From assembly GCA_963825135.1 (NCBI GenBank), contig CAWGRW010000009.1, positions 1,504,001-1,568,000 on the forward strand: a stretch of 64,000 nucleotides of DNA, read 5' to 3'. The stretch is from an uncultured bacterium. Lineage in GTDB: Bacteria; Desulfobacterota_D; UBA1144; Nemesobacterales; UBA2774. Positions within the stretch are counted from its first letter, which is position 1. The number at the start of each line of letters is the position of its first letter. The notes below the pieces were generated by a model. The model worked only from the letters and a program-made list of their open reading frames with translations. It was not told where the DNA came from and made no database searches. The translations under genes and the position numbers were made by a program. Positions 22,177 to 32,497 of this stretch are shown here, one piece after another.

Positions 22177-23244
22177 TTAAACCTTTAAATAGCCGTAGCT
22201 CTGGAGGACCAGGATAGCGATGCTTACGATTATCAGGTTCGCGACGGCTATAGGAAAGAGCACCTTCCATCCGAGGCTCATCACCTGGTCGTACCTGAAC
22301 CTCGGCAGCGTAAACCTCACCCATATGAAGAAGAACAGGAACGCCAGCACCTTCCCCATGAAAACGATAGGAGGGAGGTACCAGTATTTGTCTATGTCGA
22401 TTCCGAACCATCCGCCGAACGGGAGCGGATACCACCCGCCGAAGAATAGCGCTACGGCCAGGCACGAGACCACTATCATGTGCGTGTACTCGGCCATGAA
22501 GAACATCGCGAATTTCATGCTGCTGTACTCCGTGTGATAACCCGCCACTATCTCGGGCTCCGCTTCCGGCATGTCGAACGGCAGCCGGTTCGTCTCTGCG
22601 AACGCAGCGGCCAGGAATACGATGCAGCCGAGTACCTGCGGGACCGCGAACCAGCACCTCGACTGCGCTTCTATTATGTCCTCGAGCCTGAGCGACCCCG
22701 TCCAGGCTATGACGCCCACGATGGATAAACCCATGGCGAGCTCGTAGCTTATCATCTGCGCCGCGCCGCGGAGACCCCCCAGGAAAGAGTACTTGCTGTT
22801 GGATGCCCACCCCCCGAGCACTACTCCGTAAACGCTGAGCGACCCTATCGCGAGCACGTAGAGGATACCGACATTTAAGTCCGCTATCTGGAGCTTGACG
22901 AAAATGGGCTCGCTCAGGAGGCCCAGTATCGTCGTATAAAATCCCCTGCCGATCGGTACTACGGCGAGCGCTATGAGGGCCGTGATGAGTGCGAACGCGG
23001 GCGCCGCGATAAAAAAGGGCTTATTCGCGTGGTTCGGTATTATGTCTTCCTTGAATATGAACTTGACGCCGTCCGCGAGAGGCTGGAGTAATCCGAACGG
23101 TCCCACGCGGTTAGGGCCGAGTCTGTCCTGAATGAACGCGCTTACCCTCCGCTCTGCGAGCGTGAGGTAGGCGACGAGCGTAAGCACGACGAAGAATAAG
23201 AGAGCTATTTTTACGAGTGAGATTCCGAGTTCTACCCAGACCAT
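22177..23244 (-). CDS. nuoH: NADH-quinone oxidoreductase subunit H
   Basis: Motifs ERR...Q.RLGPNRVG, QPLADG.K, AQMISYE, AETNRLPFD.PEAE and PRFRYDQ. Confidence 0.97.
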   Translation of the reverse strand: MVWVELGISLVKIALLFFVVLTLVAYLTLAERRVSAFIQDRLGPNRVGPFGLLQPLADGVKFIFKEDIIPNHANKPFFIAAPAFALITALIALAVVPIGRGFYTTILGLLSEPIFVKLQIADLNVGILYVLAIGSLSVYGVVLGGWASNSKYSFLGGLRGAAQMISYELAMGLSIVGVIAWTGSLRLEDIIEAQSRCWFAVPQVLGCIVFLAAAFAETNRLPFDMPEAEPEIVAGYHTEYSSMKFAMFFMAEYTHMIVVSCLAVALFFGGWYPLPFGGWFGIDIDKYWYLPPIVFMGKVLAFLFFFIWVRFTLPRFRYDQVMSLGWKVLFPIAVANLIIVSIAILVLQSYGYLKV

Positions 23245-23267
23245 ATCTGTTCCCTGTCAGCGGTTCG

Positions 23268-24863
23268 TCAGACCCTGTCCCTGCCCAGCACGCCTATGTT
23301 TTCGTAGTTGATACCGCCGTAGGAAGGGACGTGAGCCGCTATGTCGAGCATTATTTCCGAAGGAGCCTCGTATTGGAAGCCGGCCGGCTCTATGGCGCCG
23401 CCTATGAGCGAGAGTATTTCCCAATCCGGCCTCGCAGTCCCCGGAGGCGGTATCGCCCGCCCGGCCCTCTGTACCCTTCCCCTGTCGTTTGTGAACGTGC
23501 CCTCCCTTTCGTAGGGGCTTGCGCCCGGGAGTATTACGTGAGCCAGTTTTACGGTTTCCGTGAGCCTGTAATCCTGCACTACCAGGAGCGATAGTCCGGC
23601 GAGCGCTTCCTTAAGTCTCGGGTGCCGCTCGGCCGCCGTAATCTTAAAGAGATCGTCCCCGGCGACATATAGCGCCCCGACGCCGCCGTCTAATATCGAT
23701 TGTATAAGTTCTTCTATCCTTTCCGGGCCGGCGGCTATTCCCAGGTCCTTTACCCCCGCGCTGTTGGGATGCGGGTCCCCGCTTATCAGGCCGTGGAGCT
23801 TTTGAGCGCCCGGGTCGCCCGTGTTCGAGTACACCCTCTCCGTATTAAGCGCCGAGGCGATTTTCTTCAGCAGGTAAAGCTCCTCGTTCGTTAGCGTGGG
23901 CGATCCTAAAAGAGCGATTGAACTGGGCAACGTTTCCCGCGCCTTCATGAGGCCCGACGACGCGGCGTCCACGGCGTCCTTCCAGTCCGATATTTGAAAC
24001 CCCTCGCCTTTTCTCACGATCGGGTCTTTCAGGCGCACTGTACCCTCCTGAATGTCCCTGAAACCGTACCTTCCCCTGTCGCATATCCAATATTCGTTCA
24101 CGTCCATATTCGTTCGCGGCCTTACCCTCGACACCTCTCCCTTACGCGGGTCGACGCCGACTGTAATATTGCATCCGTTACTGCAGAGCGTGCAGACGCT
24201 GTCCGTGAATTTCCAGTACCAGACCCTCTCCTCGTGAAGGGTGTCCTTGTTGAGGAGCGCCCCTACGGGGCAGAGGTCCGTAACATTTCCCGAGAGCTCG
24301 TTGTCGAGGTTCTGACCCGGGAAGACGACGATCTTTTTCCTGAAACCCCTGCCGTCGAATCCAAGCTCCCCGGTTTTCGTGATTTCGTCTGTAAACCTGA
24401 CGCACCTGGTGCACATGATGCACCGGTTCGGGTCATAGAGTATCCTGTCGCTGAGGTAGTATTTCCGTCTGACCTTTTTCTCTTCCGGCCCTTCGAACCT
24501 GCTGTGTCCCGGCCCGTGCTTGACCGTAGTGAGCTGGAGCGGGCATTCCCCGCCCTTATCGCATATGGGGCAGTCGAGGGGGTGATTGATGAGAGTGAAT
24601 TCTACTGTCGCCCTTCTGGCTTTTATCGCCTTATCGGTATTGGTTTTGACTATCAGGCCCTCTCTGACAAAAGTATTGCAGGCGGGCATGACCTTCGGGA
24701 CCCCCTCCACCTCGACGAGACATTGCCGGCACTGAGCCACGACGCTCAAGGCCGGGTGGTAGCAAAAATGCGGGACTTCGATGCCGACCCGTGAAGCCGC
24801 CTGTATCAGGTTGAGGCCGTCTTCGACTTCTATTTCGATTCCGTCTATCGTGAGTTTAGGCAT
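23268..24863 (-). CDS. nuoG: NADH-quinone oxidoreductase subunit G (short form)
   Basis: MPKLTIDG start. Fe-S motifs CYHP...CRQC, HPLDCPICDKGGECPLQ, CIMCTRC...CP and CTLCSNGC...C, followed by a molybdopterin-family C-terminal fold. Confidence 0.88.
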   Translation of the reverse strand: MPKLTIDGIEIEVEDGLNLIQAASRVGIEVPHFCYHPALSVVAQCRQCLVEVEGVPKVMPACNTFVREGLIVKTNTDKAIKARRATVEFTLINHPLDCPICDKGGECPLQLTTVKHGPGHSRFEGPEEKKVRRKYYLSDRILYDPNRCIMCTRCVRFTDEITKTGELGFDGRGFRKKIVVFPGQNLDNELSGNVTDLCPVGALLNKDTLHEERVWYWKFTDSVCTLCSNGCNITVGVDPRKGEVSRVRPRTNMDVNEYWICDRGRYGFRDIQEGTVRLKDPIVRKGEGFQISDWKDAVDAASSGLMKARETLPSSIALLGSPTLTNEELYLLKKIASALNTERVYSNTGDPGAQKLHGLISGDPHPNSAGVKDLGIAAGPERIEELIQSILDGGVGALYVAGDDLFKITAAERHPRLKEALAGLSLLVVQDYRLTETVKLAHVILPGASPYEREGTFTNDRGRVQRAGRAIPPPGTARPDWEILSLIGGAIEPAGFQYEAPSEIMLDIAAHVPSYGGINYENIGVLGRDRV

Positions 24864-24894
24864 AGGAAATTCGGTTAAGCGAGAGTCGGGAAAA

Positions 24895-24923
24895 ATATTA
24901 TCTGACGGGAGGTGCCTTAGCAA
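24895..24923 (-). promoter_or_regulatory. sigma70-type promoter for nuoG-nuoH
   Basis: The minus strand reads TTGCTA-N17-TAATAT about 30 nt upstream of the nuoG ATG. Confidence 0.5.
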
Positions 24924-25093
24924 GTTATGCGTGGAATATGGAAGATTTACAGCCGTATAAGCCTATCTGCGGAGTGAGAGCGATTTGCCTCCCGATGAAG
25001 GAAAACGATTCCATCCGATGTCGCAAGAGCGCGCGTCCCCGTCATTTGTATCGAGAGGGCGGGGGGCATGTGTTATAATTCACAGGATAGGCT

Positions 25094-28000
25094 ATGCGTT
25101 CGAAAGTCCTAAAACCTATATTTATATTTCTTCTGTTGCTGCTTTTATTGTCCGCTGTAATCGTTCTAATAATTCAGACCCATTACTTCAGGCAGTTCGT
25201 CAAGATCACGACCAACGCCATCGTCAGCACCCTTACGGCCCAGGATTTCACAATCGGGAGCATTGAAGGCAATTTTCTTAAAGGCATGACCCTCAGGAAC
25301 GTTTCTTTCCAAATAGGGAAAGAGAAGTTCGTCGATTGCGACGAGATTTACATAGATTACTCCCTCCCCCTTATACTCGACGGCTCGATGCTCTTCAGCA
25401 AGGTGATCCCGCTTCACGAAGTCAGGATGACGGGTATCCGGATAAATCTTGTCCATTACAAGGACGATACATGGAATTTTCAGGAGTTTCAGAAGTTAAT
25501 GATGAAAGAAAAAAGGCCTAACCCCGACTGGAACATCTTTATCCAGAACGGTTCTATCGTGGACGCGGAAATGACGATCGAGGACGAGGCCAGGGGGGAG
25601 AACTCGATCTTCGAGCTGTCGAATGCGGATTTATCCTTGAACATGTTCAAGATAGCCGACAAAGCGGAGCTTGATCTTCGTGACGCTCATCTGACGGTCG
25701 CCTACGAAAGCATGAATTATGAAAAACTGTATTTTGAAAACATAAAGGGCAAGGCCGTATATTCGAACAAGGAGCTGCCCGATAAGTTCGATGTCGAGAG
25801 CCTCGTTTTCAATTATCTGGGCGCGGCGGTTTCGGGAAAGGGGACCATAATCAATATGATGGACCCGAAGTTTAGCCTGAAGGGGGTCATAAACGGTATC
25901 GACATCCCCGACGTCGGGACCCTCAACCTCGATATTGAGGCGCAGGGTAGTTCCTTTCAATGGAGGGATTTGCACGCTACGGGGAAGATGAGGCTCAGGG
26001 ACTCTTCGGCGCTGCAGAGCGGTCTCACGGGCGGGGTCGAGTCGGTCGCCGTGGAGAACACGCACGTAGCATTAAATAAAGGCAGCCTGAGCGCAAGCTT
26101 CGGGGACGCGTCGTTTGACGGAACCATCGATCTTCTGGAGATGAGCGACAGGGCAAAGTATAACCTGGCGGACATACGGCTCGACCTCCGGTCTCTCAAG
26201 GTCCCACGGGTCCTGGAGCTTGTGGAGAAAAGAAACGGTCCTCTCGGCGAGGGTATCAACAAAAATATAGACGCGGTTATCAATTCGAAGCTGAAAGTTA
26301 CAGCCGGATGGAGCAGGTCCCGCGAGTTTACAGCCGGGCTGGATATAGGCGAAATGAGCTTAACCGGCGGAGGGGTCGGGGAGATCAAGCTAAAAGGCCC
26401 TGTATCGCTCGCGGGCTCGAAAATAGATTACGATCTGGACGCGGGCTTCCTCAAGACGAATTTCGCTCCCTTGCTTAATGATGAAAAGTACAGGAGCGAT
26501 TTTAATTCGGATCTCAAGATTAAAGGGTCTTTGAGCACCGCCGAGGTCTTTCCCAAGGGCTTTGAGGTTGCGTTGCGCGGCGAGGCGGGGGCTTCAAAGA
26601 TATTCGACCTGAATCTAAAAAGAGCAGTCGTGGATACGAGTTATAACGGAACATCGATCGATATCAGATCCCTTGTCCTGGAGTCCGAGCCCTTTAGCAT
26701 GAATGCATCCGGCCGGCTCGGCAGCACCGGCGGAGAAGGCGTCAAGTACGAGATAAACGTAAAGAACCTCAATTTCCTCTCGAAACTCGCGCCCGCTCAT
26801 CATGTCGGGGGGAGCCTCGGCCTCAGCGGCCGCATCGAGGGGAGTTTTCAGAACCCTAACATCATCGTTGACGTCACAGGCTCGGATATTACGTATGAGG
26901 AAATGCGGTTGAGGATGAAGAAGATCGAATTGAGCGCGCGCAGCTTTCTCGATATCAACGACCTGAAATTCAAAGCGGCCGCGGAAGTGAAGGGGATAGA
27001 CGTGCAGGGCAGGGAAATCCAGACGGTCAATTTCAAGGCCGGGAGCAGAGGCGGCGAAATAGACGGGACGTTCGACGTACAGGAAACCGCGAAAAGGAAA
27101 TATTCCTTTGATTTTAATATCAGGGATCTCGGCAAAGAGGAAACGAAGCTTGAGCTGGATAATGTCGTCATGAATTTCAGAAATGCCGTTTTTAAAAACC
27201 GTAAGCCCGTTCTTATTTCATTGTTCAAGGATAGAGTGAAGGTGAGTTCCTTCAACCTGTATCATAAAGATAACTTTATGGTCGGGGATCTCGTTCTCGG
27301 TTTCGACGAGAGCGTGGACGGATCGGTCAGGCTCGAAAAATTAAGCCTCCTCGACGCATCCGAGCTGTTGGGCATAGAATTCCCGGTAAAGGGCCAGATG
27401 ACGGGAGAAATAAAATTAGGTTCTTCGCTCAAGCATCCGGACTTGAGGGCCGATATCATGGTGAAGAACCTCGAGTATATGAAATTCAAGAGCGACGAGC
27501 TCAAGCTCTCGTTCTTTTTCTCCGATAATAAAATGGGCCTCGATTTGAAGATATGGGGCGGAAAGGAAGAGATCCTTTCCGCGGTTTGTGACGCGAAGCT
27601 GAATTTCGATCCCGAGAATATCGATAAAAGCATCAGAGAGGCCGAGTATAGAGCGGTAATAAAATCGAAGGGAGTCGATATAAGCCCGCTGGCCATCTTC
27701 AATGAAGAGATTCAGGAAATAAACGGGAAGCTTCTAGTGGACATCGTCGCCGAGGGAACGGGGGTCGATCCCAACGTCACCGGCAGTCTCGAGCTCCGGG
27801 ATATGACTATGAAGATACTGGCGCTGCGTAATAAAATTCACATAGATAAGGCGATCATGGATATGACCGGGAAATACGGAAAGCTCCGCCCCGCCATAAT
27901 CGATACAGGCGGGGGAGAAGGGGTCTTCGAGGGCAGCGTAGATTTCCGGGACCTCTCATACACGGGTAAGGGGAAAATGTCCGGCCTGCTCGTAAAAACA

Positions 28001-28987
28001 TATCCGGCTGAAGTTACCGCGAACCTCGACGGCGATCTGGAGGTGCAGGGGAAATTCATGAACGCGTCGATTAAAGGGAGCATCACGGCGAACAATGTCA
28101 AAGTCACTGTACCCGACAAACCCCTTAAGGAGATCGAGAACATAAAATTTATCGACGAAAAAGATGCGGACAAGGAAGAGTTCATATTCACAGGAGAGAA
28201 AAAAGAGGATTTTGTCGAGGAGTACATTGCGCTTGACCTCAGCCTCGATATTCCCAAGGAATCGCGGGTAAAGGGCGCGGGTGCGAACATCGAGGTCGAA
28301 GGGAAGCTCGACGTCGATAAGAACTATAATGAGCCTTACACCATCTCGGGGAATATTGATGTCATAAGAGGTGATTACCAGTTCATGGGCAGGCTCTTCA
28401 AGATTGAGAACGGTACGGTGAGCTTCAGAGGGAAGGATATCGCGGATCCGTTCCTCGACCTGCGCGCGACGTATGAGGTATCGGGCGTGGAGGTCTATAT
28501 TAACATCACGGGCACTGCGGAGAAACCGAGGATTCAGCTTTCGAGCGACCCTCCGCTCGATGAAAACGAAATAGTGTCCTATCTCGTGTTCGGCACTTCG
28601 TCGGAGACGCTCGGTACGGACGAGAGGGTGCAAATTCAGGAGAAAGCGGGAGAGGTTTTGGGCACGATGGCGGTGGGCGAGCTGAGGGAAGCCCTCGGCG
28701 AAGAGCTTGCCATAGACGTGATGACCATCAAGGGCGGCCAGACCGGGTTCAGGGACACTCACCTCGAGATAGGCAAATATCTGACAGACGACCTCTACAT
28801 AGGGTATGAGCGGTTGTCTTATGAAAGGTATTTCTACGAGCGTTATTTCTTCAGTCCGGGTCTTCCTTCGTCCACAGTCACGGCCAACAGGGCCGTCATC
28901 GAATACAGGGTGTTCGATTTCCTGACGCTCGAGAGCGAGATAGGCGAGCAGGCGGGAGCCGACGTCTTTTTCAATTTCGACTATTGA
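25094..28987 (+). CDS. tamB: Translocation/assembly module TamB (AsmA-like, DUF490)
   Basis: 1297 aa with an N-terminal TM anchor and beta-rich body. C-terminal DUF490 motifs G.Y.F.GR.F, P.LD..A, LSSDPPL...I.SYL.FG and IGKYLT. Confidence 0.9.
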   Translation: MRSKVLKPIFIFLLLLLLLSAVIVLIIQTHYFRQFVKITTNAIVSTLTAQDFTIGSIEGNFLKGMTLRNVSFQIGKEKFVDCDEIYIDYSLPLILDGSMLFSKVIPLHEVRMTGIRINLVHYKDDTWNFQEFQKLMMKEKRPNPDWNIFIQNGSIVDAEMTIEDEARGENSIFELSNADLSLNMFKIADKAELDLRDAHLTVAYESMNYEKLYFENIKGKAVYSNKELPDKFDVESLVFNYLGAAVSGKGTIINMMDPKFSLKGVINGIDIPDVGTLNLDIEAQGSSFQWRDLHATGKMRLRDSSALQSGLTGGVESVAVENTHVALNKGSLSASFGDASFDGTIDLLEMSDRAKYNLADIRLDLRSLKVPRVLELVEKRNGPLGEGINKNIDAVINSKLKVTAGWSRSREFTAGLDIGEMSLTGGGVGEIKLKGPVSLAGSKIDYDLDAGFLKTNFAPLLNDEKYRSDFNSDLKIKGSLSTAEVFPKGFEVALRGEAGASKIFDLNLKRAVVDTSYNGTSIDIRSLVLESEPFSMNASGRLGSTGGEGVKYEINVKNLNFLSKLAPAHHVGGSLGLSGRIEGSFQNPNIIVDVTGSDITYEEMRLRMKKIELSARSFLDINDLKFKAAAEVKGIDVQGREIQTVNFKAGSRGGEIDGTFDVQETAKRKYSFDFNIRDLGKEETKLELDNVVMNFRNAVFKNRKPVLISLFKDRVKVSSFNLYHKDNFMVGDLVLGFDESVDGSVRLEKLSLLDASELLGIEFPVKGQMTGEIKLGSSLKHPDLRADIMVKNLEYMKFKSDELKLSFFFSDNKMGLDLKIWGGKEEILSAVCDAKLNFDPENIDKSIREAEYRAVIKSKGVDISPLAIFNEEIQEINGKLLVDIVAEGTGVDPNVTGSLELRDMTMKILALRNKIHIDKAIMDMTGKYGKLRPAIIDTGGGEGVFEGSVDFRDLSYTGKGKMSGLLVKTYPAEVTANLDGDLEVQGKFMNASIKGSITANNVKVTVPDKPLKEIENIKFIDEKDADKEEFIFTGEKKEDFVEEYIALDLSLDIPKESRVKGAGANIEVEGKLDVDKNYNEPYTISGNIDVIRGDYQFMGRLFKIENGTVSFRGKDIADPFLDLRATYEVSGVEVYINITGTAEKPRIQLSSDPPLDENEIVSYLVFGTSSETLGTDERVQIQEKAGEVLGTMAVGELREALGEELAIDVMTIKGGQTGFRDTHLEIGKYLTDDLYIGYERLSYERYFYERYFFSPGLPSSTVTANRAVIEYRVFDFLTLESEIGEQAGADVFFNFDY

Positions 28988-29042
28988 AGGACTTCTATTC
29001 GGCCCCTTACGGGTTCAAACCGCGCGTACGATATAATGCGCG

Positions 29043-30230
29043 TCAGTAACTATTGAGGAACTTCCTTATCCCCCTTACGGCCTGCATGATCCTTTTCTCG
29101 TTCTCGACGAGAGCGAACCTCAGGTGTCCTTCACCATAGTTTCCGAAGCCGATGCCGGGAGATACGGCTACCTTTGCCTTTTCTATGAGCAGCTTCGAGA
29201 ACTCGAGAGACCCCATGCTCTTGAATTCGTCGGGTATCTCGGCCCAGACGAACATCGTCCCTTTGGGTTTCGGTATCTCCCATCCCGACTTTGCGAGACC
29301 GTCGACGAGCTTGTCCCTTCTCGATTTGTATAGTTTTCTGATGTCCTCGACGCACTCCTGCGGTCCGCTGAGCGCCGCGATTGCGGCGACCTGAATAGGG
29401 GTGAATATGCCGTAGTCCATGTAACTCTTTATACGCTTGAGCGCGGATACTATCCTAGCGTTCCCCACCATGAAACCCACCCTCCACCCGGGCATGTTGT
29501 AGCTTTTGGACAGGGAGTAGAATTCGACCCCGATATCCTTTGCGCCCGGGATCTGAAGGAAGCTCGGGGCCTTGTAGCCGTCGAAACAGAGCTCGGCGTA
29601 TGCGAAATCGTGCACGACGATTAGTCCCGCTTCCCTCGCGAGCTCGTAGATGTCCCTGAAGAAACCGAGGTCCACCACCGTCGACGTGGGGTTGTTAGGG
29701 AACGAGATCATGAGCACCTTCGGTTTTGGCCAGGTCTCTTTAACCGCGTTCTCTATCCCCTGGAGAATGTTCGAGTCCCTCGTGAACGGGACGCTGTGGA
29801 CGTCGCCCCTCGAAATAATAACGGAGTAGATATGAATCGGATAAGAAGGGTTGGGAACGATAACCGTGTCGCCGGGTGAGAGTATTGACAGCATGAGGTG
29901 GCATATCCCTTCTTTCGAGCCGATCGTGGTAACGACTTCCGTATCGGGGTCGAGCTCGACGTCGTAATTCTTCTTATACCATCCCGCGACCGCCCTTCTC
30001 AATTTCGGTATGCCGGCAGAAGCGGAGTACCTGTGGGCTCTCGGGTCCTTCGATGCCTCTATTAATTTTTTTACGATATGGTCGGGAGTCGCCTGGTCCG
30101 GATTACCCATTCCCAGGTCTATGATGTCGTCGCCCCTCGCCCTCGCTTTGGATTTAAGCTCGTTGACGATCGTGAATACATAGGGCGGAAGCCGCCTTAT
30201 TAATGAGAATTCTTCTGGTTTATATTGCAT
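29043..30230 (-). CDS. PLP-dependent class I/II aminotransferase (AlaC/YfdZ-like)
   Basis: Motifs [37 protein letters not shown] and SYMDYG. Confidence 0.88.
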   Translation of the reverse strand: MQYKPEEFSLIRRLPPYVFTIVNELKSKARARGDDIIDLGMGNPDQATPDHIVKKLIEASKDPRAHRYSASAGIPKLRRAVAGWYKKNYDVELDPDTEVVTTIGSKEGICHLMLSILSPGDTVIVPNPSYPIHIYSVIISRGDVHSVPFTRDSNILQGIENAVKETWPKPKVLMISFPNNPTSTVVDLGFFRDIYELAREAGLIVVHDFAYAELCFDGYKAPSFLQIPGAKDIGVEFYSLSKSYNMPGWRVGFMVGNARIVSALKRIKSYMDYGIFTPIQVAAIAALSGPQECVEDIRKLYKSRRDKLVDGLAKSGWEIPKPKGTMFVWAEIPDEFKSMGSLEFSKLLIEKAKVAVSPGIGFGNYGEGHLRFALVENEKRIMQAVRGIRKFLNSY

Positions 30231-30324
30231 TTATTGTCCTTTTGCATTTTCAGTTATTTTATTCGAATCCTTGACAATCTCAAGAAAATTAAGCGAAAAT
30301 AGTAAAATACTGAAATAAAGGGTC

Positions 30325-30723
30325 ATGAATAAAAATGTAGGCTTATTCTCAATATTGCTGCTTATCGTATTCGCTGTGCCTTTGGTTTGCGCTCAGGAGG
30401 TTCGTCAGTACGGCAACGCCTCCTGGTATGCGAGCTCTCTGCACGGCAGGAAAACCGCGAGCGGCGAATGTTATGACAAGGACGAATACACAGGAGCCCA
30501 CAGGGAGCTTCCGTTCGGGACGTTGATAAGGGTCAAGAACCTGGGCAACGGTAAAGAGGTAATAGTCAGGGTGAACGACAGAGGGCCGTTTGTTAAGAGT
30601 CGTATAATCGACCTCTCGCGGGCGGCGGCTGTTACGCTTGGGATTCTGAACATGGGCACGGCGAGGGTCAGCATAGAAGTAATATCGCTGCCGGAGAGCG
30701 CCGATCCGGGATCCTCTTCATAG
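30325..30723 (+). CDS. rlpA: RlpA-family lytic transglycosylase (DPBB domain only)
   Basis: Signal peptide with motifs ASWY, TASGE, AHRELPFG and VNDRGPF...IIDLS. Confidence 0.88.
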   Translation: MNKNVGLFSILLLIVFAVPLVCAQEVRQYGNASWYASSLHGRKTASGECYDKDEYTGAHRELPFGTLIRVKNLGNGKEVIVRVNDRGPFVKSRIIDLSRAAAVTLGILNMGTARVSIEVISLPESADPGSSS

Positions 30724-30770
30724 TTAGGGTTCCTCTTATAGCCCGTCCTCTGTCATCAATTTTCGAGAGC

Positions 30771-31445
30771 ATGAATAATAGATTACTTCTATTATTGTTG
30801 ATTCTCCCAGTTGTATTCTCATGCGCAAAAAAAAGTGTCGAATCGACCCCCATACCGCGGGAGGAAGCCCCTTCGGGCGGTTATACCGAGCGGGGCTCTA
30901 CCCAGGTCGGGACGGCTTCCTGGTACGGGATAGAGGAGCACAACAATAACGCGGCCAACGGTGAGCGATTCAGCAAGTACGCCTATACGGCGGCTCACAA
31001 GAGCCTCCCGATGGGCACGGTAGTAAGGGTAACGAATTTGGAGAACGGCAGGGACGTAATTGTGGAGATAAACGACAGGGGGCCGTTTGTGAGAGGCCGT
31101 ATCATCGATCTCTCGTATGCAGCGGCGCAGTCGATCGGAATGGTCGCGAAAGGCACGGTCGAGGTCAAGGTCGAGGTCATCTCGACGCCTTCCACCAGAG
31201 GGGGCAGCTACTTTCAGCCGCTCTACACCGTGCAGGTCGCGTCGTTCTCGGAGGAGGGCAAGGCGCTGACGCTAAAGCGGGAGCTCGACGGCGAGTACGA
31301 TGACGTCAGGGTGGAGTCGATAGAGGTGAGCGGTGATAACTACTGGAGGGTCAGGGTCGGGCGTTACGATGATAAGCAGGACGCCGAGGAAACCGCTTCG
31401 AAGCTCAGAACGGACGGGCTTTACGGAAGGGTAATAATGGAGTAG
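30771..31445 (+). CDS. rlpA: RlpA lipoprotein (DPBB + SPOR)
   Basis: Lipobox VFSC, motifs ASWYG, AAHKSLP and INDRGPF, and a C-terminal SPOR domain (YTVQVASF...WRVRVG). Confidence 0.92.
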   Translation: MNNRLLLLLLILPVVFSCAKKSVESTPIPREEAPSGGYTERGSTQVGTASWYGIEEHNNNAANGERFSKYAYTAAHKSLPMGTVVRVTNLENGRDVIVEINDRGPFVRGRIIDLSYAAAQSIGMVAKGTVEVKVEVISTPSTRGGSYFQPLYTVQVASFSEEGKALTLKRELDGEYDDVRVESIEVSGDNYWRVRVGRYDDKQDAEETASKLRTDGLYGRVIME

Positions 31446-31558
31446 GTCTAATCCTGTTCCCGGAACATGCGCTGTCGCGGGTGGGCGCCTGACAATAAAT
31501 CTGAACGCGTAGTATGAATAGATATGTTCTCTTATCGAGATTGTCGAGGTCATGATAT

Positions 31559-32428
31559 ATGAACGAATTCGTAAAATCACACGGGCTCGGGAATGATTAT
31601 TTCGTGCTCGACGGCTCCCGGATTTCTTTCGAGCTCACGCCCGCCGCTATAAGACTCCTTTGCGACAGGAACTACGGTATCGGCTCGGACGGTATCCTGC
31701 TCCTCGGGCCTTCGGCCAGGGCCGCCTTCGGCTTGAGGATACTCAACCCGGACGGGAGCGAAGCCGAGAAGAGCGGGAACGGGCTCAGGATATTCGCCAA
31801 GTATCTCTACGAGCACGGTCACACGGATAAGAAGGAATTTACAATCGATACGCCCGGAGGCGTAGTCACGGCCGAGCTCGAGGTAAGAGACGGCAGGGTC
31901 CCGTTCGTTACCGTGGAGATGGGGACCGCGACTTTCGATAGCCGGCTGATACCGGTGCGGGGGGAAGAGAGGGAGGTAGTGAACGAGGAGATGAGGATCG
32001 AGGGCGAGGTGCTCAGGTTCACGGCCGTTTCCGTCGGCAACCCGCACTGCGTCGTGTTCTCGGAGACGCTCGACGAAGGGTACACGAGGCTCCTCGGGCC
32101 CTTGATCGAGACAGCCGAGCTCTTCCCCAACCGTACGAACGTCCAGTTCGCTCACGTCCTGTCAGGCGACAGGGTCGAGATAATGATTTGGGAGCGCGGG
32201 GCCGGCTACACGCTCGCCTCGGGGAGCAGCTCCTGCGCGGTCGCCGCGGCATGCGTGAGGAACGGCCTTACCGACAGCAAGGTGACCGTATCCATGCCGG
32301 GCGGCGAGCTCGATATTGAAATAAGGCCGGATTGGTCGATTAGAATGAGGGGGGCGGTGGAAGAGGTCGCTTACGGCACTCTGAGCGACGATTTGATAGG
32401 AAGGATAAGCTCGCTCCCGGCGGAATGA
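31559..32428 (+). CDS. dapF: DapF-family epimerase/racemase, Ser/Ser variant
   Basis: Motifs K.HGLGNDY, GIGSDG, NPDGSEAEKSGNG, VGNPHCV, FP.RTNV and WERGAG.TLASGSS. Both catalytic Cys positions are Ser. Confidence 0.8.
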   Translation: MNEFVKSHGLGNDYFVLDGSRISFELTPAAIRLLCDRNYGIGSDGILLLGPSARAAFGLRILNPDGSEAEKSGNGLRIFAKYLYEHGHTDKKEFTIDTPGGVVTAELEVRDGRVPFVTVEMGTATFDSRLIPVRGEEREVVNEEMRIEGEVLRFTAVSVGNPHCVVFSETLDEGYTRLLGPLIETAELFPNRTNVQFAHVLSGDRVEIMIWERGAGYTLASGSSSCAVAAACVRNGLTDSKVTVSMPGGELDIEIRPDWSIRMRGAVEEVAYGTLSDDLIGRISSLPAE

Positions 32429-32497
32429 TAGATTCATTCTCCGTGATGAGATATTTCGCTCGCCACCATACCTGATACGGGGACATTCGGTCTTATT

